From the sequence record DRR378314_419: 35,349 nucleotides of DNA; one strand, given 5' to 3'. The position numbers were made by a program, and so were the translations under genes. Position 1 is the stretch's first letter. The number at the start of each line of letters is the position of its first letter. Below are positions 28,551 to 35,349 of this stretch, in pieces. The notes beneath the pieces were generated by a model. That model did not search any database, was not told the origin of the DNA, and saw nothing but the letters and a program-made list of their open reading frames with translations.

Positions 28551-30100
28551 TGGATCTTCCGCTTGATCTATTGATGTTCGGCGCCTTGATCGCCGGAATT
28601 TTGCTGGGCTATCCGGTTTCCTTTTCCATCGCCGGTGTGGCGACGTTATTTGCCGGTCTTGGATGGGCGCTTGGCCTGTTTGATATATCGTTGCTGGGCG
28701 CGCTTGGCCAGCGGGTTTTCGGCCTGCTGAGCAATGATGTGCTGATTGCCATTCCGCTCTTTGTTTTCATGGGCGTGATCCTTGAAAAATCTCGCATCGC
28801 TGAAGAGCTGTTGCAGACCATGGGGCGGCTTTTTGGCAATATTCGCGGCGGCCTTGGGGTGTCGGTTGTGCTGGTCGGGGCGCTGCTGGCGGCCTCCACC
28901 GGGATTGTCGGGGCGACGGTGGTTGCCATGGGCATGATTGCCCTGCCAACCATGCTGCGCAATGGCTATAACCCGAAACTGGCGTCGGGCATTGTCTGTA
29001 CATCCGGCACGCTGGGGCAGATCATTCCGCCTTCCACCTTGTTGATTATTCTATCGGACGTCATGTCCAACGCCTATCAGCAGGCCCAGTTCGCTGAAGG
29101 CAAATTTACCATTGAAACCATTTCTGTCGGGCAGATTTTTGCCGCTGCGCTAATGCCCGGACTGATGCTGGTCGGGATTTACATTCTCTATCTGCTTATT
29201 CGGGCCTGGTTGCTGCCAGCGGATGCACCCGCCATGCGTGAAGAGGTGGAAAAGCCGTCCCTGTCTGAAATTTCAAAGGCCATTCTGCCGCCGGTTATTC
29301 TGATTTTGGCGGTTCTGGGGGCCATCCTTGGCGGAGTGGCCACCCCGGGGGAGGCCGCATCAGTGGGCGCCATCGGCGCAGTTCTGATGGCCGGTATTCG
29401 TAAAGGCGCGTCCCCAACCTTTATTCTGCTGGGTGGGATTTCGCTGATCCTGCTGGCGGTTCTGTCGGGCCTGTTTCCGGTTCGCCTGCAACGCTCCGAC
29501 ATAGGGGTGTTTGAAATTTCCATGGCCGGAATTTACATCCTGCTGACTCTGATCGGGGCGGCGGCGATTGCCCTGTCTTTGCGCCAGATTTATAGCCGCG
29601 ATATCCTGAAACCTGCCTTGACCTCCACCATGGTGGTGACGGCGATGATTTTTGCGACCATTCTGACGGCCAGTGTTTTCAGTCTGGTGTTTGTCGGTCT
29701 GGGCGGTGAAGATCGCATTGCTGAGATTTTGAAATCCATGCCGGGCGGGCCAACCGGGGCGTTGGTCTTTTGTATGTTGATCATTTTCGTGCTGGGCTTT
29801 TTCCTCGATTTCGTGGAAATCACGGTTATTCTGTTGCCCTTGATCGCACCGGCGTTGATCCTGATGGGGCATGATCCCATGTGGCTGGCCATTTTGATTG
29901 CCATTAATCTGCAAACCTCTTTCCTGACGCCACCCTTTGGCTTTTCGCTCTTTTATCTGCGCGGTGCAGCGCCCAAGTCCATTACCACCGGGCAGATTTA
30001 TCTGGGGGTTATTCCCTTCATCGGCCTGCAGATCGTCGGGGTCCTGCTGATCTGGTTCTTCTCTGATATTGCGACCTGGTTGCCGGGACTGCTTTACTAG
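28550..30100 (+). CDS. dctM: TRAP transporter large permease
   Basis: AIPLFVFMG, GTLGQIIPPS, NLQTSFLTPPFG; TAATG overlap with dctQ. Confidence 0.95.
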   Translation: MDLPLDLLMFGALIAGILLGYPVSFSIAGVATLFAGLGWALGLFDISLLGALGQRVFGLLSNDVLIAIPLFVFMGVILEKSRIAEELLQTMGRLFGNIRGGLGVSVVLVGALLAASTGIVGATVVAMGMIALPTMLRNGYNPKLASGIVCTSGTLGQIIPPSTLLIILSDVMSNAYQQAQFAEGKFTIETISVGQIFAAALMPGLMLVGIYILYLLIRAWLLPADAPAMREEVEKPSLSEISKAILPPVILILAVLGAILGGVATPGEAASVGAIGAVLMAGIRKGASPTFILLGGISLILLAVLSGLFPVRLQRSDIGVFEISMAGIYILLTLIGAAAIALSLRQIYSRDILKPALTSTMVVTAMIFATILTASVFSLVFVGLGGEDRIAEILKSMPGGPTGALVFCMLIIFVLGFFLDFVEITVILLPLIAPALILMGHDPMWLAILIAINLQTSFLTPPFGFSLFYLRGAAPKSITTGQIYLGVIPFIGLQIVGVLLIWFFSDIATWLPGLLY

Positions 30101-30164
30101 ACTACTGAGCCGCGATACTCTGAGCTTTCAAAACAAGAAGAAGAAAAAAGATAAGGATAAAAAG

Positions 30165-31364
30165 ATGAGAGCATTGGCAGGCGTTCGTGTGCTGGACCTT
30201 TCGCGGGTTCTGGCAGGTCCCATCTGTGCCCAGACCCTTGGCGATTTAGGGGCAGAGGTTATCAAAATTGAAAATGTTGGCGGCGGCGATGATACCCGCA
30301 CCATGGGCACCCCGGTTCATTCAAATGACACCAGTTTTTTCAATGCCGTGAACCGTAACAAGAAAAGCATCGCCCTGGATCTCGGGTCAGAAGAAGGGCA
30401 GAAAATAGCCCGGGAACTGGCCGATCAGGCCGATGTCATTGTCGAGAATTTCAAGCTCGGCGGGGCCGCGAAATTCGGCCTTGATTATAAAACACTGGCC
30501 CAGAAAAATCCCAAGCTGGTCTATTGCTCTGTCTCCGGCTATGGCCGGCAAAGCGATTTTAATCACCGCCTTGGTTATGATCTGGTCATCCAGGGGCAGT
30601 CGGGCCTGATGTCCCTGAACGGGGAGCCGGGCACTGATCCCTTGCGCGCGCCGGTTGCCATTGTTGATCTGGTCACCGGTCATCACGCGGCGCAAGCCGT
30701 TCTTGCGGCGCTGTTCGCCCGGGAACGTACGGGCAAGGGGCAAGCCATTGATGTCTGTCTGTTCGATTGCGGTCTGGCGCTACTCTCCTATTACGCTAAT
30801 AACAGCCTGTGGCAGGGGGAAAATCCCGATCGATATGGCAATTCCAATCCGTTTGTTGCGCCTTATGGGGTGTTCAAGGCCTCAGATGGGTTTGTCATCA
30901 TGACCATTGCCAATAACGGCCAGTTCAAGCGCCTTTGCGAAGATGTACTCGGGCTGCCTGAACTGGTCAGTGATCCGCGCTTTGCGACCAATACGGAACG
31001 GGCCAATCGCCGTGAAGATCTGGTTCAGGCCATGCAGCCCAGTCTGGATCGTTTCACCCGGGCAGAGCTGTGCGCCAAGCTGGAGGAAAATAAACTCCCC
31101 GGCGGCGAGGTTCGCACGGTTATGGAAGCCTTGAAATCCGCCGAAGCCACCTCTCGCGGCATGCTTCATACGGTGCAGCATCCAGCGGCAGGGGACGTGC
31201 AATTGATCGGCAGTCCGCTGCGTTTGTCTGAATCCGGGGTGGAGCCTGTCAACCGGCCACCATCACTGGGGGAGAACTCGGTCGAGGTGCTCAAATCCCT
31301 GGGCAAATCGGATGCGGAAATCGAAACTCTGCTGAAAAGCGGTGTGGCTGAACAACTCGCCTGA
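30165..31364 (+). CDS. Family III (CaiB/BaiF) CoA-transferase
   Basis: LDLSRVLAGP, LGDLGAEVIKIE, NRNKKS, SGYG, GYD, putative catalytic Asp in AIVDLVTG; ATG 30165 preferred. Confidence 0.93.
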   Translation: MRALAGVRVLDLSRVLAGPICAQTLGDLGAEVIKIENVGGGDDTRTMGTPVHSNDTSFFNAVNRNKKSIALDLGSEEGQKIARELADQADVIVENFKLGGAAKFGLDYKTLAQKNPKLVYCSVSGYGRQSDFNHRLGYDLVIQGQSGLMSLNGEPGTDPLRAPVAIVDLVTGHHAAQAVLAALFARERTGKGQAIDVCLFDCGLALLSYYANNSLWQGENPDRYGNSNPFVAPYGVFKASDGFVIMTIANNGQFKRLCEDVLGLPELVSDPRFATNTERANRREDLVQAMQPSLDRFTRAELCAKLEENKLPGGEVRTVMEALKSAEATSRGMLHTVQHPAAGDVQLIGSPLRLSESGVEPVNRPPSLGENSVEVLKSLGKSDAEIETLLKSGVAEQLA

Positions 31365-31366
31365 CC

Positions 31367-32413
31367 TCAGATCAGGGGGTGACGCGCGCCTTGTACCGAG
31401 AGGACGAGGAAAATCCCAAGGGCGGTGATCAGCAGGCCACCGCCAAACGTCACTCCGATTGATGCGTATTTCAGTGCCGGGCTTTCCTGGCGGGCGGCGA
31501 TCTTTTGCGCCAGTTTGCGGGCATAAACCGCAAGGATGGCGAGCGTGCTGACCGTCATTGCCGTCCCCAGCGAAATGGCCAGAACCGAAAAAATCCCGGC
31601 CCAGCGAAGGTTCAGGCTTTCAGCGAAAATAAGCACCAGTAACGATCCGGTGCATGGGCGGATCCCGATGGAGGCGATGATCCCGATGGCTTCTTTTCGT
31701 CGGACTTTACCGCTCAGCAGGCTGGGGTCGGGGGCATGGACATGGCCGCAATCATCGCAGGCGACCGCGTCCCTATGGGAATGCGCATCTGCGCGATGGT
31801 GGTGGCCATGGTTGTGCCCATGTTCATGATTATGATCGTGAAGGTGATGATGAGAGCCTTGAGAATGCGGGCGGGCGATATAGTGTTGATCCTGTTTGGA
31901 CAGGCGGCGGAATTTTCGAAAACTGCTGACCGCGCGCTTCATCAACAGCGCCCCGATCAATGCGACCAGCCCATAGCTTGCCATTTCCAGAAGCGGCACC
32001 GCATCGGTTGCTGCCCGCCGTGTCAGCCCGATCAGATGGACCACAACAAGGATCAGGGTGAGGGCGGTAATCCCTTGTAAAAGGGCTGCCAGGAAGGCAA
32101 GGGAAATCCCCCGTTTCAGCTCGCTTTCATTGCTCAGCAGATAAGTGCTGATGACCGCCTTGCCATGGCCCGGTCCGGCCGCGTGAAAAATCCCATACAG
32201 AAAACTTAAACTGATCAGCGACCAGGTGGCGATCCAGCCGCCGCCCTCGATGGATTTCAGAACCGTTGCCAGTTCCCGGTGATAGGCGCTTTGCTGTTGC
32301 TGAACGCTGATCATCCATTGATCCAGCAGGGACAGATCGGCGGCCATTGCCAGGTTTGGCAGTAGCATCGTCAGCAGCGCGGCGCCCAGCAGGGTTTTGG
32401 CAGGCGGTGTCAT
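31367..32413 (-). CDS. NiCoT/RcnA-family His-rich metal transporter (ZevB-like)
   Basis: YGIFHAAGPGHGK, His-rich loop ending CDDCGHVH, GIRPCTG; ATG 32413 forms an ATGA overlap with the upstream gene. Confidence 0.9.
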   Translation of the reverse strand: MTPPAKTLLGAALLTMLLPNLAMAADLSLLDQWMISVQQQQSAYHRELATVLKSIEGGGWIATWSLISLSFLYGIFHAAGPGHGKAVISTYLLSNESELKRGISLAFLAALLQGITALTLILVVVHLIGLTRRAATDAVPLLEMASYGLVALIGALLMKRAVSSFRKFRRLSKQDQHYIARPHSQGSHHHLHDHNHEHGHNHGHHHRADAHSHRDAVACDDCGHVHAPDPSLLSGKVRRKEAIGIIASIGIRPCTGSLLVLIFAESLNLRWAGIFSVLAISLGTAMTVSTLAILAVYARKLAQKIAARQESPALKYASIGVTFGGGLLITALGIFLVLSVQGARHPLI

Positions 32414-33063
32414 TTGCATGACAGGGTGACCCATTCTGCGAAATAATCGCCCAGATCAAAATCCGGCTTTTCGGACCGATCGAGGGAGAAAGCCATCATA
32501 CTCATGTCTTCTGGTGGGTTGGGCGGGATCAGGGTCGCCGTGCAGCTTTCCTGTTGCGGCTCTGGCAGCAGGACGGAGGGCGCTTTGTTGTCATGCAGCA
32601 CTTCAATATAATAGCTGGGATCATAGACCGCATACCGAACGGGGGCGGCTTTCGGATCCAGCGGGGTTTTTAGGTTGATCCGATAGTGCAGCCAAAGCCG
32701 TCGATCCTTGATCCCGGTGGTGAATTTCGGGTCAATGACAATCGGTTGATCCTCACCATCTCGGGTAATTTTGGTGAAATAGGAATAGTCTTTCAGATTT
32801 GTCAGGTTCCCCGCCGCCAGGTCGCGAAGGGCTTCGGCCTTGGGCGCGCCGCTCGCATCCTTGGGGATTTCCTCCAGAATGAAGGCGGAATAAAAATCCC
32901 CGAACAGCCAGTGAATATCCAGCCCCGTCATGGCCCCCGTGTCATTGAAAACCGGCTCTGTTTTCAAATCGATCCATGCATGGGGATGGGCCTGCCCAGC
33001 AGTTGGGGCGAGCAGTAACAGGAACAACAGAACGGCGGCATAGCGCATGGAAGATCGCTTCAT
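32410..33063 (-). CDS. DUF1007 family periplasmic metal-binding protein (ZevA-like)
   Basis: Signal peptide ending AGQA followed by HPHAWID; YDPSYY motif. Confidence 0.88.
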   Translation of the reverse strand: MKRSSMRYAAVLLFLLLLAPTAGQAHPHAWIDLKTEPVFNDTGAMTGLDIHWLFGDFYSAFILEEIPKDASGAPKAEALRDLAAGNLTNLKDYSYFTKITRDGEDQPIVIDPKFTTGIKDRRLWLHYRINLKTPLDPKAAPVRYAVYDPSYYIEVLHDNKAPSVLLPEPQQESCTATLIPPNPPEDMSMMAFSLDRSEKPDFDLGDYFAEWVTLSCK

Positions 33064-33089
33064 CTGACTTTGGGTTAAAACTATGATAT

Positions 33090-33104
33090 TGTTATTCTAT
33101 AACA
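33090..33104. promoter_or_regulatory. Zur box
   Basis: Perfect TGTTAT-TCT-ATAACA dyad, 26 nt upstream of the DUF1007 start. Confidence 0.8.
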
Positions 33105-33233
33105 TCTTATCCTGCAAGCCATGTTTCAAGGGGGATTGTCTTAAAAATTTCACGGGCACCGGTCTGGAAATCGGATAGAACCCCACCCATCTAGCGTCAT
33201 AAGGGAAGCGATCCAAAATCATAAGGAAACCAG

Positions 33234-33764
33234 ATGCCAAAACAAGTGACATTGATGCGCCACGCCAAATCCAGTTGGGAAGATTACGCCAGCAACGATT
33301 TTGATCGCCCCTTGGCCCCACGGGGCAAAAAAGCGGCCCCGCGAATGGGAAAGTACCTGTTTGAAAACAATCTGTTACCGGACATTGTTCTCTGCTCCCC
33401 GGCGCAACGCACAAAAGAAACCCTGGCCCGGGTGCAAACCGCATTTGGCGGTGAGTTGAATGTCCGCTATGACAAGATGATCTATTCCGCCGGTATGGGC
33501 CATGGGCTGGTTGAACTTCTGCATCAATTGCCGGCGAGTTATAGCCACGTCTTGATTGTCGGTCATAACCCGGCCATGCAGGAACTGGCCCTGTCCCTCG
33601 TCAACTGGGCGCAAAGCCGCGAAGGCAACGCCCAGCATTTCATCCGCCGCAAATACTCAACCGGCGCCATCGCCAGCATGCGCTTTGACGGCGAAAACTG
33701 GACCAACATCAGCCTCGCCCGCGGCCACCTCACCCATTTCATGACCCCAAAACTCCTGGAGTGA
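33234..33764 (+). CDS. sixA: SixA-type phosphohistidine phosphatase
   Basis: LMRHAKSSW, DFDRPL, CSPAQRTKET, IVGHNP. Confidence 0.9.
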   Translation: MPKQVTLMRHAKSSWEDYASNDFDRPLAPRGKKAAPRMGKYLFENNLLPDIVLCSPAQRTKETLARVQTAFGGELNVRYDKMIYSAGMGHGLVELLHQLPASYSHVLIVGHNPAMQELALSLVNWAQSREGNAQHFIRRKYSTGAIASMRFDGENWTNISLARGHLTHFMTPKLLE

Positions 33765-33817
33765 GGGGATCGGAAACAGGTAATTGTTGAATAACTTATT
33801 TTGAAATAATGCCGATA

Positions 33818-34798
33818 TTATTGTCTTCGTAAGGGAATTTCCGATACAGAGACCATTTTATCTGCGTGAGAAAATCCAGCGTTTGATAGAGAATTAACCA
33901 ATGAATCGTATATTAGCCAGGGTGAGTTTGTTGGACCAATAATTATTTTTTCTAAAAAATTTTTTAGGTCCAGTTCAGTTAATCCTTTATGAATATCATC
34001 AACTAGTTTCAGCTTAAAAACTTTTTGTGGAATTTCATTAAAAGTTTCAATGCTGCTTTGTATATACTCTGAAGATTGCATGGTCGGAGAATGAATTAAA
34101 CGCCATTCATTTTCCTCACCAAACCCTGGATGTTTGGTTGCTAGCACCGCAAAATGTAGAATTTGTAGAACCATGTTATCTAGTGGTTGTTGCTGGGAAT
34201 TCATTAAAAGGTCAGCATTTTTTTCTATTCGATTCAGAAGCACGACAACATCATTTTTGAATTGATCAATACTGCAATAATGAACAGGTGTGCCATATAA
34301 TTGTAGCTCAGATGAATCATTTGTTACGCATTTCGAATTTAGAATAAGTGCAACATTTGTGTTTCCGCCATAAGCGCGCCACATAGAAAGTTTGCCATAA
34401 TCATAATCAGGGGTATTGGCTTCCAATTCGCTCAAGCTAAACATATAGCTGTTGGTTCTTCTATGCGTTTGTTGGTTTAAAAATACTTCCCATAATTTAT
34501 CCATACTGACTTTTGCTAAAGAGAGAACTCGTTCCAGTTGAGACCTGATTTCAGGAGTTTTTAAAGCATTTTCCACACATCTAGAGCCATATTCTATTTC
34601 TGAGTAATCGTTCATAGATAGAGCGTTTCGTAACCATATTTCTTTATTGGTGATGATTTGCAAGGCGGCATAGGCACTAGTGTAGTGTGCAAAGCGTATA
34701 GACGTTTGGGGGTGTCTAGCATCTCTTATTTTTTCAATCGCAAAAGGTGCGAGGGTTTCTTCTATTATATCAGAATCGGATTGTCTGTGTTGGTTCAT
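33818..34798 (-). CDS. DUF2971-domain protein, low GC
   Basis: HYTS, MNDYSE, LSMWRAYG, KHPGFGEENEWR, IIIGP; AT-rich codon usage unlike both flanks. Confidence 0.8.
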   Translation of the reverse strand: MNQHRQSDSDIIEETLAPFAIEKIRDARHPQTSIRFAHYTSAYAALQIITNKEIWLRNALSMNDYSEIEYGSRCVENALKTPEIRSQLERVLSLAKVSMDKLWEVFLNQQTHRRTNSYMFSLSELEANTPDYDYGKLSMWRAYGGNTNVALILNSKCVTNDSSELQLYGTPVHYCSIDQFKNDVVVLLNRIEKNADLLMNSQQQPLDNMVLQILHFAVLATKHPGFGEENEWRLIHSPTMQSSEYIQSSIETFNEIPQKVFKLKLVDDIHKGLTELDLKNFLEKIIIGPTNSPWLIYDSLVNSLSNAGFSHADKMVSVSEIPLRRQ

Positions 34799-34895
34799 GA
34801 TTGCATTTTAATATGACTGAGAATTATATAAACAAGAAAATCTTATTAGGATAAAAAGGATGTCAGTTTCAAAGTTGAATTTGAGTACCCAAACT

Positions 34896-34927
34896 AAAAA
34901 AGCCCTCAAGTTTCCTTGAGGGCTTTT
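34896..34927 (-). terminator. Rho-independent terminator of the aminotransferase (possibly bidirectional)
   Basis: Minus strand AAAAGCCCTCAAG-GAAA-CTTGAGGGCTTTTTT. Confidence 0.85.
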
Positions 34928-34946
34928 CTGTTCGGAGACCGTCGGG

Positions 34947-35349
34947 TTAGCCGAGGACTTCTTTGACGGCGTCGGCGGTGGCGTCGACGACGATTTTGGC
35001 TTCCGCTTCGGTGATGCAAAGGGGCGGTGCGAAGCCGAGGATGTCACCTTGCGGCATGGCGCGGGCGATGACATTGCGTTTCATCAGGGCCCCGGCGACT
35101 TTGGCGCCGATGGTCTGGCTGGGGTCAAAGAATTTGCGGGCTGCCGGATCTTCGGCCAGCTCTAGCGCGATGAGCAGGCCTTCGCCGCGAATTTCAGCGA
35201 CGTTCTTATGATCGCCAAGCGCGTCCTGCATCATGGCTTTCATGGCCGCCCCGGTGATCCCGGCATTATCCACCAGACCCAGGCTATCGACCAGTTCCAG
35301 ATTGGCAATCCCGGCCGCTGCGCCAATCGGATGGGCGGAATAGGTCCAG
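34947..35349 (-). CDS. Class III PLP aminotransferase, C-terminal part (starts beyond the right edge)
   Basis: The frame is open to the edge: WTYSAHPIGAAAGIANL...EIRGEGL...ARAMPQGDILGFAPPL. Confidence 0.9.
   Translation of the reverse strand, partial: WTYSAHPIGAAAGIANLELVDSLGLVDNAGITGAAMKAMMQDALGDHKNVAEIRGEGLLIALELAEDPAARKFFDPSQTIGAKVAGALMKRNVIARAMPQGDILGFAPPLCITEAEAKIVVDATADAVKEVLG

Noticed and set aside
30069-30164. Lys-rich N-terminal extension of the CoA-transferase in the ORF track
   Set aside because: Artefact of an upstream TTG inside dctM; family similarity starts at ATG 30165
31790-31865. Repetitive ATG/GTG-rich DNA
   Set aside because: His codons of the transporter loop, not a separate repeat element
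34808-35074. 88-aa minus-strand ORF
   Set aside because: Alternative frame over the aminotransferase end, running through its terminator
1-35349. CRISPR arrays, tRNA/rRNA genes, IS elements, prophage genes
   Set aside because: No regularly spaced repeats, RNA gene signatures, or transposase, integrase or phage motifs seen by eye

Overview
GC-rich chromosomal segment of an alphaproteobacterium (inferred from CtrA-, PhaR- and Zur-type sites and gene content). It is densely packed with catabolic, transport and sensory genes. I see no rRNA, tRNA, CRISPR array, integrase or transposase. From left to right: a dpp/opp-type ABC importer divergent from LysR plus an AstE/AspA-family deacylase; a GST-like protein; mtnA + class II aldolase + EamA transporter (DHAP-shunt-like); a HapE-type Baeyer-Villiger monooxygenase divergent from an SDR and two MFS transporters; bdhA with a PhaR-like box; a GST / transglutaminase / UDG / crotonase run; thioesterase + Fe-ADH; a CtrA-boxed split Aer-like PAS + soluble MCP pair; an FNR-boxed hemerythrin-like protein; a lone betA; a PfkB kinase; a HutC-type repressor divergent from a TRAP transporter and family III CoA-transferase; a Zur-boxed DUF1007/NiCoT pair; sixA; a low-GC DUF2971 singleton; and the 3' end of a class III aminotransferase. 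The best candidates for undescribed biology are the HutC-TRAP-CoA-transferase module without hut enzymes, the cytoplasmic bipartite PAS/MCP sensor, and the foreign DUF2971 gene. All calls rest on motif recognition by eye; no searches were run.
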